NCBI GenBank assembly: GCA_002633005.1
Contig: NMRA01000197.1
Coordinates: forward strand, 508,534-572,533
Direction of reading: 5' to 3'
Length of the DNA stretch: 64,000 nucleotides
Source: Phoronis australis
Lineage: Eukaryota; Animalia; Phoronida
The notes beneath the pieces are model-generated. The model had not been told where the DNA came from, did not search any database, and saw only the letters and a list, made by a program, of their open reading frames with translations. Numbering within the stretch: the stretch's first letter is position 1; the number at the start of each line of letters is the position of its first letter. Position numbers and translations under genes: made by a program. Below are positions 25,859 through 38,967 of the stretch, piece after piece.

Positions 25859-28800
25859 TAAAACTCTAGAGCACTTTATTGAGTCGTCCATGGTTTAGAT
25901 GCTCTTGATGGCAACAGAAATGTATTCTTACTGCAGCAAGAAATATTATGAGATCAGTTTATATCAGTAATTAAAATACCTAATTCGTTCGGTTTTAGTC
26001 AGCTAAATTGGGCGAAATGGAGTGTTAGTGACTCAATTCATTTTTCATTTTTGTCAGCTAAATGCAGTTTTAGCTGTGGCGGTTTATTAAAAAAATATCA
26101 AAATTACACTGAGCGCAGCTTCGGAAATGTGACAATTACTTTGTGACATCCAGTTGCACGCGAATGCGTGAGTCGATTATTTTTATTTGATTTTGCGACG
26201 AGGCACAAAAATCGAGACGAAAATAAGATAAATTAATACTTTTTGCATTTTGCAATCAAGCCTTTTATTCTTGTAAAATTGGTATTTTAATATCCCTTAC
26301 CTTGGCAGAGTTCTATTTGTGTTACCAACCAGAACATCGAAATCTAAAGTGACTCAAGGAAACGCTTTAGAGTTCTTTGGGTTTGGCCATCTCTAAAATT
26401 AGCTCATGTAGGCCTACACATTACTATGACGTGGCGCAAAGAATATCGTTAAATGAGCGCGAAACTGATAGTGACGTGAACAAGAGCCAGTGACGAGTAT
26501 CTCAGCTTCATCCAATTAGCGACATCTTTTGGTTTTGTTGTACGAAAGCCATAACGGAAACGCCCGTGTTCGAACCAATGATGTCAATAATAATTTGTCT
26601 ACAATATTTCGCCGAAGATTAGTAAGACTGCGACTTGGAATGAAGCGTGGTACCATGTGCTTTAGGAGTGACAGAAGGGTCGTTGTAGTGAATCCATTAC
26701 AAAATGATTCCAAAGTAAAGCAATATTTTCAGGCCTCACGCAGCGAACTATTGAACACAACTGTGTACCTTAGCTCTTGTTTGTCTTACTTATTCATGGA
26801 TATTATTATGTTTGTCTTATTGCTGTTATACATGTATATTTGGCCTTTTTGAAGGATTTTAGTTTTTATTAATCTATTTTAATTTAATTGATTTATTTGT
26901 GGTATTTTGTCAAAACGCACTATTCGACCTTATGTTATACAGTTTTAAAAATCGACGAGAAAATGAAATTAAAGAGAAATAAACAAACGCATTAAACCTC
27001 ATAATAATCTAATTTACAATGCTTTTATGAAGCTTTTCGGACCACAAGGCTTCCGATCGCTATTTTTTCATAACTACCCAAGTTGCATAACATTGCATAC
27101 AATCGCAGTACATACAAGGTGACCCCAAAAAATTGAAACCAGAACACTGCGTGAAAAGCTAAATATTGAGGTTTATCCAGTACGAGGTATTTTAATTGAC
27201 CCTAGCCTCGTTCCTGGATGTTAGGAGGACCCAGGCAGTTTAGCGTAGTTTAAAATAGCCAGTTTCGGGCACCATTTGCTTCCTTATTTGAAAATTCACG
27301 GGCAATGTTACTGAATTGACTAACCGGACGTGGACGTACGGATCGGGCGAAAAAGTAAGATCTCGCATGTCTTCGCGAGATATCGGCTAACAAGCAAAAT
27401 ACGTGATCGCGCTAGCAGGTCCTCTGCTTGTCTGTCTGCAGAGGGCAGATTTCACAACAGTTGTCCCAAAGACCACATAAGGTGTAAGTAAGTTGCCGCC
27501 TTATTTCAGAAAATCATTTATAAAATAACAAAATTCTGTCGTAGAATCCAGTTTCTTGACAGTTCATTGTTGAAAATTCAAATTTGATAATTAATGCTTC
27601 AAGAATTTTTAATCCAAATACATCACGTTAACAGAAACGAATGCACGTGTTATCCACTAATTCGACTCGCGGTACTTTATTTTTGTGGATAATTTGGACC
27701 GATCTTCATAGATTCGTTCTTGATCCCTATTTTTATTGCGTATTGGTGGACTAACACTGATTGTCCTTTCTTATGTTGTTTTAGTTTGATTACCAAGTCG
27801 ATTTTTTTGCTTTAAAGTGAATTCTACGTTGAATTCTCAATATTATTAACATAAGTAGGAATCTTTGCGAGCAACGCCCCCTAATTATTTTCATGGAACT
27901 AAGGGCTCAGATTTTAGTTATATTACTAGAAATGTAATCAGTTAGAAAGAAGTCATAATAAAGATAAAATGATAGTAAATGATTACAATTGTGAGTAAAG
28001 AACGACGCAAACATGCTGAAGGTTCGGGGAGCTTAGTTAAGTCCCTATTTGGGACTGTTTCATGCAACCGGGCATTGCTTTCACTGACTTAGACAAATCA
28101 CGTGCGGGCCTTAGCTATTATTTATGGCAACACAGAACTCTGGCTGGAGTGCTATGATAACAACGACTTTGTTTTCATATTCTATCAGTTAATTAATGCT
28201 ATGCGGATATTGGGGTCGACTGTCATGACATTGTTACTGATATTTCGTTTCATTGGGCAAGCTATGGGCTGAAACAAGGCTGTAATTTTCCTCACACTTT
28301 AGGTGGTCTATCATGACCGTAGCGTGTAAATATATTCGAGTGTAACACATCTTCATGCAGCGGGGGCCGCCATCTTGAAGAAGAATGCAGCTACTGCTGA
28401 GCAAGAGGTCTTTTCTCATTCCCACCATGTTCGCAAATACAAACAAACCACATTCACTGAGTCTACATGCAACACCTAACTAAAAACTGCCCCCAAGCCT
28501 GGCATACCCCTAAATTTTAATATTTTAGCTGTGGCCTCAACCTAACTGTTCACTGAGAGTGCCACCTATCTGTCTCCTGGATCACTATATAATTTGTCAC
28601 CAGAGGAGCTTTTGGTTGTAGAGTACTGTCTCATTTTCTACCACCAGGTGATGTGCAGTCTAACTGACTGAATACAAGTCAGTTGATATCTACGTGGTCG
28701 GTTGACATTCATGTGTTGGTTGTCAACCAAGTAAGACGTACAACTAATTAGTTGGTTGACATCATGTAAGATCCTGACATAACTCTCGAGAGTTGCAGTT

Positions 28801-29216
28801 ATAAAATCAAGCCTTATTTCATTGCTTCATTTCAATTTCGTAATTATTGTTCATCAAGAGAGACTCTTGAGGTACGGTTCCAGACAATCAGCCATTTATC
28901 GGCAAAATTAGTCAGCAAACACGGCACGTACACTGGTCATTCGTTATAAGCACCGACCTGTGGTCCTGGATGGATGCCGGGAGTAGTTTAGTATCTGATA
29001 TCTTTTCAGCTCTAGTCGTAGAGTCAATTTCGACAACCAATCATAATACATGCCAGGAGCTTTTTAGCAAAACATTTTTGGATGTTAAAATCATGTTACA
29101 GTGTTTTACGAAAGGAAGCTGCATTTGGCTTAAGTGAAAAGTTAAGGCCCTAAACACAAGTGTTTACGTAACTTTCCAAAGATACTCACATTGCTTATAC
29201 ATAAGCGCGCGCGCGG

Positions 29217-29246
29217 GTGTGTGTGTATGTGTGTGTGTGTGCGTGT
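29217..29246. repeat. (TG)n microsatellite
   Basis: Imperfect GT dinucleotide run. Confidence 0.9.
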
Positions 29247-29262
29247 TAATACTGTTTTCAAT

Positions 29263-29334
29263 GGGGCTATTCGGAAAATCTTCAATAACTAGAGGGCGTG
29301 CGTGTACTAGTGGTGATAGATTAACAGCCTCGAT
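29263..29334 (+). mobile_element. Second left end of the 29805 element, cut by an assembly gap
   Basis: 72 bp nearly identical to 29805-29876 (GGGGCTATTCGGAAAATC...AGCCTCGAT). Confidence 0.8.
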
Positions 29335-29430
29335 NNNNNNNNNNNNNNNNNNNNNNNNNNNNNNNNNNNNNNNNNNNNNNNNNNNNNNNNNNNNNNNNNN
29401 NNNNNNNNNNNNNNNNNNNNNNNNNNNNNN

Positions 29431-29493
29431 CTTCGCCGAATGGGGGGGGGGGCTCATTCGAGCCCCCCTAGCCCCCCCCTGGGTACGCGCATG
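29431..29493 (-). mobile_element. hAT5-like MITE family 1, partial (gap-truncated)
   Basis: ...CCCCCCTGGGTACGCGCATG is the reverse complement of the family-1 left end. Confidence 0.75.
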
Positions 29494-29599
29494 CTGTAAT
29501 AAATAATGCGATTAAATTTCATTTATATTGTATTATCAAAACGGAACCACAGTGTGAACATCCCTGTACTTACTGAAGGGAAGTACTTGCTCGTTGCTC

Positions 29600-29800
29600 A
29601 ATGCCCAAGCTTTATAGGGAAACAGGGTGGTAAGCAGGCCTAACCCGAAAAAGGATGAGAGAACTTGTGGAATATGTAATGCTGGTAAAACAAACGAGAT
29701 TCACTTTATGTCTCACTGCCCTGTCCTAATTGATGATGAGCGAAGAAATTTGTTGACAAACATGACAGATGATCCCAGAGTGGTTCGATTATTTCGAAGC
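29600..29800 (+). mobile_element. Degenerate C-terminal CCHC zinc-knuckle region of a non-LTR retrotransposon (RTEX/L1-type tail)
   Basis: (R)ETG..., ERTCGICNAGKTNEIHFMSHCP...DERRNL matches the IETGR..ERxCxxC..EDExHFxxxCP pattern. Confidence 0.65.
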
Positions 29801-29804
29801 CATT

Positions 29805-32800
29805 GGGGCTATTCGGAAAATCTACAATAACTAGAGGGCGTGCGTGTACTAGTGGTGATAGATTACCAGCCTCGATTTCGCGAGCCTTTTAAATACATGG
29901 TGAAATGGCTTGCAGCCGTGCCTACTGAATCTGAGATTGCGTAAAAAGGGTGCTTTTATGAGAGGAAGTAAGCACGACCTCATACAAAGGTAAGGTTTGT
30001 GATTATTTTTACGATTATCCCATGATTATTCTACCGATGCCTGTTCAACTGAGGCACTCGCCGATATCGACTTCGCGGCAGTCAGTCGCCAGCCAGAGTC
30101 TGGTTAATCTTTATATATTGTGATATGTGATACGATACTTGACGTAGCAATCGGGATCTTTTCGTACATCAAAGCATTATTATTGTTGTTTGGAATGATT
30201 TCTAAAAGTTTATCAGTGATAGTTACATCAATCAGTGCTGAATGTTTATGCTGTTAACTCGATACAGGTTAATGAGTTAAGATTACAATCCAATCCCAAT
30301 GGTAAAGGGTACGTGAGTGATAAATATCCATTGCATTAGACTATTTGTTTACTCCCTATCATATGTCTTCTGGCAATCTGTTACACGTTGAAATGGAAAT
30401 CTATCACGTCAGTTTTCACGTAACCTTTGGTTTTTAGGTTTGAAGGCTTGTACCGTGCAGAGGAGATATGCTGTTTTGTTACTTGTATCAATTGTAAAAC
30501 CAGATATATATTACATTTTCCGAATTCACAGTGACTGAATAGTCTTAACTCATGCCTTGAAATGTTGCAAGTCGTTATAAATTCAAATGACTGCCATTTT
30601 TGTGAAAATTGCATTTTTGATGGTGCCTTACGATTTGTAATTATTCTTAAACAACAGAAAGATTATCCATCATTTTTAAATGACCCAAGTCTTCATATCT
30701 TCTATTAGAAGAAAAACGGTTCCCTCAACCTTAGGCTAGAAGTATGCTTGACAGACCCATGAACCTGTAATCTGAGTTTAAAATTGCTGAAAGTATCAAA
30801 ATTAAAAAATCTTGAAAATGGGTAACAAAGGTTTGAAGTTGTCTCAAAAAACTTGTATATTTTACAGACAAGTGATGCGTTTAAAGAATTGTTATGGCTA
30901 GGGATAAAAAATAAAGACACAGTTTTATGCAATACTCATTATATACACCCTTGGTTTCTGAAAATAGTAAATATTTACTTTTATGTGAAACTGTAGACCA
31001 ATCACCATATATTTTTGAAAAACAGGGATAACATTTTTGATCCAATCTGGAGTACTTAATTATTCATATTTCAATATTTGTTCCAGATGCAGTGACATTT
31101 TAAGACCACTTCAAGCAGTATCATAGCAAAGCTTTGTTACTCCGTTCTCTTCCCACAGCACTTCCACACACCAGCAGTGCTGCATGGCACAATGTGCTAG
31201 TCAGTGGCCCTGGAGAAATGTGAATCGCAGTACTAAGTTACCATAAGACAATGTGCCAGTGGAGTGTCTGTGTATCCAGATGAACTATATCTGACTGCTA
31301 CACAAATAAGCCTTGTTGGCGAGGATGCCCTTTCATAGGCAATGAGTCATGTGTGGACAATAGTTTATTTCCTTTCCTGGAAGAAACATGAGGGACTGAA
31401 GCTAAAGAAGACCTAGTCACACTCTGGTCTAGTTCAGAGTCTGATTTTGGGCTCAAAACGATTCAAGTGATATGCTGCTGTGTTTACCTTCAAGGGTCTA
31501 ATTGTGGATGTTATTGAGGCTGAATGAGGTTACATGAAAGAAAGCCACGTGTTGAAACTGGACCTTTTTTACAAGCGCTTCTATAGGCCATTGAAACTAG
31601 AACCCAGTGAAATGAAAGCCAAAAGCTGAGTGACATTAAATTTTCCTTTCAGAAGAAAGGCTTTATACTATTGGTAAAAACTTTTCAATTTGGTACAGAT
31701 TATGGGGAAATGACATTCAGTGACTGCATCGATTGTCTTATTGTATGTTTTCAATTGTAGCTAGCTGCTATGCACAAGATTCGAGAATAAACAATTATCA
31801 GTGTATTTAAAAACAAATGGCAAACTGAAAAAGCACAGAAAGAAACATTGCGAGGGAGTCCATAATCAGGCATATCAGGTGCTGAATTACTGAATTACGT
31901 TCAATTCTCTCAGGTTATTGCTGAAGGATTGCTTTTCACTTTGTCCAACGGTGAAATAGATGGTCAGGCGGTTGGTTTCAGTTGTTTTTTTCTTGCCTGT
32001 AACAGAATAGAAATATTAGCAAATTGTAAAAGAAAAGGCAAGACAAAACTACTTTTGTAAGGCAGAACATACTTGACATTTCATCTTCATGTTTATGTGT
32101 AGAAACTAATAACCTTTGTACCCAAGTCTTATTTAATAACTGCATAAAAATATGTGAAACAGGCTAAAAGTGATTTAACAATGTGTATTTTTCATGACAC
32201 TTAAAATGTGCTTCTGATCTCAACAAGTAAAATTCATTCTAGGTGTCAATTTTTTTCCAATGCAATGTTACGACATTTACTGAATTAAGGCTTATTCATG
32301 TTAATTCGATAACTGAGCTGGTGGTCCTGGGGGTGGGGTCCACGATAAAATAAGGAAACTCACTCATCTAGAGAATTTTATTGGAAAGAGCATAGTTTTG
32401 AAGAGAAACTGCTGTGAAAAAGTCACTCTTGACTTCTGTGCATCACGTACCATACACCTCTTATTTTGGGAGCACTCCCACCCAGAACAATATGAATATG
32501 TGCTGCTAGCCTACCCGTCATCGGTGAGTTTCCAAAAAGAAACACTTAGTTCCACACAACAAACCTGTTATTCAGTGGGGTAACTGGTGGGGATAACATC
32601 ACCGAACGATGTTGATAGAAACTGATTGCTAAAAACTTACCAAGTAATGTTGTGTAGTCTCCGAATGGAACTGCATAGTCATAGAGCACACACGGGGCTT
32701 CAGCATCCACACACTTTTTGTCAGTTAGTTGACCCTGTTGACCGCAATTGTCCACGAATATAGTAACCTTAGGTCTTTTGGGAATTTCTGGCCACCTGTC

Positions 32801-32968
32801 GAAGACTTGCACCAGGGAAATTAGCAGTAATAAGGCTTAGCGCGATGACGTATTTTGATAAAAATTCCATCTTTTACCAGTTGTTTACATGCAGACAGCC
32901 ACGCATGCGCAATTTAATCACCACTAGTACAGCAGCGACACCGCGAGGAGAATTCTCCGAATAGCCCC
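29805..32968. mobile_element. 3.2-kb TIR DNA transposon, probably PIF/Harbinger-ISL2EU group, coding region decayed
   Basis: TIR GGGGCTATTCGGA...TCCGAATAGCCCC, subterminal inverted motif TACTAGTGGTGAT/ATCACCACTAGTA, 3-bp TSD ATT on both sides. Confidence 0.75.
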
Positions 32969-33489
32969 ATTTGTGAACTAAAAATCCTGGTGCTATACAT
33001 TTCAACAGCAACAAACGATATATACGTTTCTGATTCTCATTCTGTTCCAAAATCTCTTATTTATGGTAACATACACCGGAAGTACCAGTTTTACTAATTT
33101 TAACTTTAAGGAATGAGTTTATTTATAAACTACTATGTGAAGTCCTACACTGCTGCCCTCTGTAATGATCTGTCAACAGTAGCTACACAGTAGATATTTT
33201 TCATTTTTATCTATCAACCTTTATATGCAAATTTCGGATATGTAGTTGGAGTAATTAGTTTATCACATTTTTTGTAAACGTCAGGGTATGCTGTATTTTT
33301 ACTGACGAAATGTAACTGTATCAAATTGCACAAAAGGTCCAATTAATTTATAAGATTTTAGATGAATGACTGATTAAATTCTTCAGAGCAACTGTGAGGG
33401 ACCTATATTCTAAAATCCTATGTCTTGATGGGGTAGAAATCGTTTGCTTCTGGTATAATCATACTCCATCACAAAACCGATGAAGGATT

Positions 33490-33610
33490 TTGCAGAGAAA
33501 TATTAACTCTTATGAAAAAAACGACTGATCTGCGAAACGTTTTAGTGACAGCCAAAGTTCCAACGAACCAAAACAAGTGCCACGTATGCGCGGCGCAACC
33601 TCACCAGCGT
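33490..33610 (+). mobile_element. Possible Penelope-like element fragment (linker between RT and GIY-YIG)
   Basis: Translates KKTTDLRNVLVTAKVP...KCHVC, resembling the YxRxxNLRDxLVxAK..CxxC pattern. Confidence 0.4.
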
Positions 33611-33718
33611 GCGATCGAAGTTGGCGTTCCGGGGCTAGGATAGATTATGTTCTGTTCATTTGGTACCGATATTTAGTAATCTGTGGTTCTATGTCTTCAT
33701 CAAGCGTCAAATGATTAA

Positions 33719-35045
33719 AGGCGAAGGCAATCTTTTTTCATGTCACTTTTAGCAAAAATAAGGTTCGTCGATTATCCCAGACATATTTTTCATTTAATTT
33801 CAGCTTTTTGTAATTCAATTCATTTCTCGTCCTCTACTCCGGACGTGACGTTTTGGGAGGCAAGAATTTCGCGCCAATTTCTTTTCATATAGTCTGACTG
33901 TGAGAGCTGTCGAGTCAGTCACTGTTCTACCCCAGTTGAGAGAAGTTAGGTCGTCGTTTGCTTTTGTTTACGAGTCAGTTAACACGCCACGCTGTTGCTG
34001 CGTACCAGAATGTACTCATTATTCTCTCACGCGCGCTTTGGGTACCTTGCATCGCTTTCTGAAGGATGACACACTTCGCCGTACTTGGCTAGCTCGTTCG
34101 AGTGAAGAACGCAGTGCTACCCGTCCACGCAACGTACAAAGCAGTAGAGGGTTACCGAGTGTGTGGCAAGCATTTTCTACCGTCAGATAACGACAGAGAT
34201 ATGTACGCTGAATTGATGAAGGACCCTGCGAAACAACGCCTAAAGAAGGGTGCCATACCGTCGCTGTTGATTCCCGGCAGTGCCCCGTCGAGAAGTGCGT
34301 TTTTGAAGCGAGAACTCGAGAACTCTCGCGAGCTGTGGCCACTATATACAGTGACTGGAGGCACTTCATTTACTGTAATGCGTGCCTCCGAACGTACACC
34401 ATAGCGTGCAATTCCGTGAACTAGCAGTGATTCGCGCTGTGCTGTTGTCTCTAACCCAGAGCCTGTAAGAAGTCCTGCAGCAATGTTGAGTAGTGGGAGT
34501 GAATACAGGCCCAGTTCGATACCCAGTGAAGACGACAGTTCGTCGTCCAATGAACAGATCGGTGAGCCAAAGTTTGATAAGTTTATTTTGGACTTGTCTA
34601 CAGTATTGGAGGTATTTAGAAGGTGCCAGGTGTGTGGCGAGGGAGTAAGCATTTTGGGAAATCAGGTCACCATCCAGTGGGACTGTGTCGCGGAACACTC
34701 GGGCAAGTAGGACAGTTCTTCCTTTGTACGTGAGACGATAATGAGTACATCCCAGTACGCAGCAACAGCGTGGCATGTTGACTGACTCGTAAACAAAAGC
34801 AAACGACGACCGAACTTATCACAACCGAGGTAGAACAATGGCTGACTCGACAGCTCTCACAGTCAGACTATATGAAAAGAAATTGGCTCCAAACTCTTGC
34901 CTCCCAAAACGTCACTTCCGGAGTAGACGACGATTAATTAATTAAATTACGAAAAGCTGTAAATAAGTGAAACATATGTTTGGGATAATCAACGAACCTT
35001 ATTTTTGCTAAAAATGACATGGCAAATGTTGCCTTCAGTTCGCCT
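33719..35045. mobile_element. Kolobok-derived non-autonomous element with ~310-bp inverted repeats and a THAP/zinc-finger transposase remnant
   Basis: TTAA|AGGCGAA...TTCGCCT|TTAA; arms 33719-34031 and ~34729-35045 are reverse complements; plus-strand remnant PRCCCVPEC..LHRF..RRTWL..RVCGKHF..RLKKGAIPSL (THAP) and KFILDLSTVLEVFRRCQVCG..WDCVAEH (Kolobok-type C2CH). Confidence 0.85.
33984..34728 (+). pseudogene. Kolobok-type transposase N-terminus (THAP + C2CH), ACG start, frameshifts, no DDE core
   Basis: THAP C2CH motif split over ORFs 33900-34190 and 34102-34404; zinc-finger ORF 34483-34710 ends at TAG where W is expected. Confidence 0.75.
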
Positions 35046-36520
35046 TTAAACAGATCAGCGCCATCTTGAGGATTAGGGAGGAGACAGATGACCCTTGACA
35101 AGTGGCTGTAACCACAGTTGGAGTGGCTAACTAAATTTTGACCGTATCACTGGTCTGGGCCTCTGAATGTCCTTGTTTACGCAACTGAGGACGCCTGAAA
35201 ATGATTGACAGAAAGTACACCCTATGTTATTTTTCAATGATACAGACATTCATTACCGCCATGTCTTTTTACCTTGCTTCGACCACCAGAAAAAATGAGA
35301 TTCCAAAAGTGACTAAAAGCGCGATTTTGGCTTTTTTAACTAAAATCACAAATTCACGTCTGCAAGAGCGGAAACCAGAATGCGAATGCTCTTTCACTCT
35401 AGATTTCAGAAATTTAAGTTAAAATATGTCATTACCAACCAGATTTTTGACAATTTCCTTTGAGTGAAGAGTACCGGTCCCTAACTGGAGTATGGTCAAC
35501 AATTCAATACTGAACAAAATGGCGGCACTACCGTATCCGAGTAGACAAGACAAGAACAGAGGCCAAATTTCTAGACTCAGTTTACACAGCTTCAAAGATT
35601 ACTGCTGAATACCTTTCCTGGAAATCCAATCAATTCCCATTTTGTTAAAAAAACTGCCGTCAAATGGGACCCACCCCATTTTCCTCATTTTGGACGAGCT
35701 ACAAAGGCCTGAACCGAGGCTTACACCAGTGACGATTGGAAGTGAGATTTATACTGAGTCTCCAGTATTGAAGAAGCGATTCAGATTCACTGACAACGAG
35801 ATCACAGAGTGTCACTCATAAACAAAGATGACGTCCGGCAAAGATGTTTGACCGCACGACTGCCACTGATGTAAAAAAAGTAAAAATAACTGTGGGCGGT
35901 AAGCAGTAATTCTCGAATCCCGATCATTTTTCACACAATCCCGATTCTCAAAATTCAATATTTAATCCCGAATCACGACGATTTGAATCGCAATTTCTAA
36001 ATTCCCACAGTCAAATTCGCTTCGATCCTGCTTCCAATTAATTTCCACACCCGGCGAATCACGGAATTTTCCCGCATTTCCCGGATCGCGGCCCCGGGGA
36101 TCGATCACGATTCCCGAAAAAGCCTTTCTCCCTCTTCAGAAAAACTCAGTACCAGACATCACCACTTGTCTTTTGTGGAATAGTTTACCACAGTATCTTC
36201 AAAGTTAAGTTTTCTCCTGATCCGTCAAAAGAGCCACTTCGAGTGATGCAATATCCGTGTGGCTCATGGTCATGGTCTTGTGCTTCCTTCTGTCCCGCCA
36301 TAGAAATCTAGCCCTGGGCTGGAGTTTTTGACGACAATAGCACAAACAGGTGATCTGAATAGCATATATTCGAATCTGAGATAAAAGCAAGTGAGGTAAG
36401 TACAGTTCCTGAATCACGGCCATTTGGCGTTATCTAACGACTGACATCGAACACTTTAATGTTTAGAACACTCGCGGCTACCTGTCGTCCCATTGATCAG
36501 TAGGCTTTCCGTTCTGCCTT

Positions 36521-37834
36521 ATGAAAATCGCACAGGTCTGCGACCGATGTCCTGCAATGATGGCTGCTGGAGAGCAAAAAGTACCACTTCATCAGATCTT
36601 GGTGAGCTTTACCATCGGACACCAATGCTCCATACTCGTCGACAGCATCACAACACAGTTGCCCATACTGGTCCAGACACTACCCGAACTTTGGGACTTT
36701 CCCGTGGTCTTAAGTTTCTGGCACGCTCTAGTCTGCACACTTGTGTCGCTAATCGTTCTGGCTCTGACGAATTTAACGAATGTTATTGACGTTCTCCACC
36801 GACACAGACCAGTGCTGCTGTTAACGCTGAATATTCTTAAGGTCGTTCTCATGGTTTTTATGATTACTAACTGGGAGAGAACGTCAATTGTGTACGGTAA
36901 AAAGTGCAGCATCGCGTTTCAAGTGATCTGGGTGTTGATAATTTCAGTGGGAAAAGTAGACTTCTTATTTGGTTTGGCGTATGTCGCATCGCTTTCTCAA
37001 AGGTGTGTGACTGTGTTCTTCGCTGGAGTGGGTTGCAGTGGCATCATTTACGGACTCGTCACGTTTTTCCAAGGTGCCGGAGATTTTGATTGCGTCAACG
37101 AACCGCAAAACGCAACGCAGTGGTCTAAGAACATGACCACTGGCGACAAATCAGACAACATGAGAGACTGGAATAATAGCTTGGATTTCACAGGCGGGCA
37201 TGAAGTAGTTGTTTTTAGGCCGCTGTTGTTTACCGTAGATTCCTATTTTAGCATCGTAACGGGCATTACCTTTTGCTGCTGCGGTTCACTTCTCTGCCAC
37301 GTGATTTTTCTTCGTCTGCGACCAACGGATGATGACACAGAAGTCATCAAGCTCATATCCCGGGGCGACACTGATGCTAGCAATGTCAAAGGAGTAACTG
37401 ACATCACAAAGACCGATAATCTTAAGGAGGCAAAATATCGGACGAGTGAGATAGCTAAAGAAAAGTCAGGGACCCGAACTGCAAAGGTCTCAACTCCAGA
37501 AGATGACAGCGACACCTTGAGAGTGAACGCCATTGTAGTGATTGTGTACGGGTGCTCGCTAAGAGGATTGACTCAAGGTGCCTCTGAGCCGTTGATGACA
37601 TATGCAACTTTGCCGTATGGTAACTTATCATTCAGCCTATGTCGGCGGCTTTCTTCTGCCGCAGAACCTCTTGCAAGTATTGTGTACGCCATTTTCCCTA
37701 CCCAGTCTATACGGGTCTTGACTTTGACATTTGGAACGTACGTAACATTCCGTGTATACGTTTGTGTAGTAGCCGTTATGAGCCCTTCACCCCCTTTCGT
37801 CTCAACTCACCCTGTCCTTGACAGTAGCTTAGTG
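36521..37834 (+). CDS. SLC52 riboflavin transporter-like protein, exon 1
   Basis: QLPILVQTLPELWDFP, WERTSIVYGKKCSIAF, FFAGVGCSGIIYGLVTFFQGAG, PLLFTV, TYATLPYG, AEPLA and MSPSPPF align with SLC52A motifs; multiple TM segments; donor GTG|GTAAGT at 37834/37835 (phase 0). Start could instead be the ATGATG near 36558. Confidence 0.85.
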
Positions 37835-38967
37835 GTAAGTATTTCTTGTTCATTTCTAAGGGCAACTTGTTTAATTATTTGAGAATTATTTAAAGAGGCC
37901 TAAATTGGCGATATTCGGAATAGTTCTCCGCCAATAAAATAGAATTCAACGTGCTCACCAAGTACTTTACGGTTTGTTTGTAAAGATTTTGAATTTCTGT
38001 TGATATCAAAGCATTTTTCTTTTGGTTTCAAATTTCAGAAAACTGCTTGTCACTTTGTCAATTTTTCTCCCACAAGTAAATCTCCTTATTTGGTATAGCA
38101 AGACATAGACGCACATGTAACACATTTCCCTTTTATGGAAAATGTCAACTTGAACCGGGATTTCCTATGTCACTTTTGATGTAAACAAAACAATGGCGAC
38201 CTCAAGCGGCAGCCACCCCGATTAAGAGGCAACTGATGTAAGTCATAACTTTTTAAGTTGAAGGTATCATAGTATTGACATATCATCTAAAGACACTTGG
38301 AATTACTTTTGGAAAACTGCTTGCTTCACTGGCAAACCTCATACTGTGATGTCGACCTCAGATTGGGAGTGTGATCACACATGATAATCTGCCGCTAATA
38401 TCCATCTTGTCAGTCAGCTGTTTGTCGAACGACTGTGAGCGCACGCTCGCATTTATGTAAGTGAGAGGGAGATTAGAAATTCTGCGGTGACTACAAAGTT
38501 TTTTCCTTCGTGCGTAATTAAAAAATGTGAGTTTTGGGGTTTCTTTGGAAATTCCCTCACAGGGGAAAGTGAATAATTTTGTAGTGGATGTTGCCAGATG
38601 GTACTTTCGTCTCATTACGCACCCGCACTGCGGAGGGAGTAACCTATCTACAGCTAACGGGTGGTTAACAAACGTATTCAATAAATATGGGCGCCCTGTA
38701 CATGACCAAGCTGTCACAACGTTCCATTGACAATCATTATTTGAGTAATATAAATGTACATAAAGATTCCCCTAACACTTGGCCGTGGGATAGAAATCAC
38801 AACAGTTTCTGTCAGCAAACACTGAATTAGCATTAGCTCACACGAACACTCACAAAGGCATTACAAATTGCATCTAATGAGACAGACTTTGTTTCAGTTT
38901 TATATAAGTACTGGTAAGGGTGAGAATAATTCATTTTGAAACAGAACGCTCAGTAATAAACGTCAAC

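Noticed and set aside
34366-34776. 136-aa minus-strand THAP-like gene
   Set aside because: Only the first ~16 codons are THAP-derived; the rest is antisense to the plus-strand remnant.
35910-36135. ATCCCG/TTCCC motif cluster as SLC52 regulatory array
   Set aside because: Looks like a transposon subterminal repeat; no matching other end or functional evidence.
37835-37882. C-terminal end of the 453-aa ORF
   Set aside because: Follows a GTAAGT donor; homology resumes at 41460.
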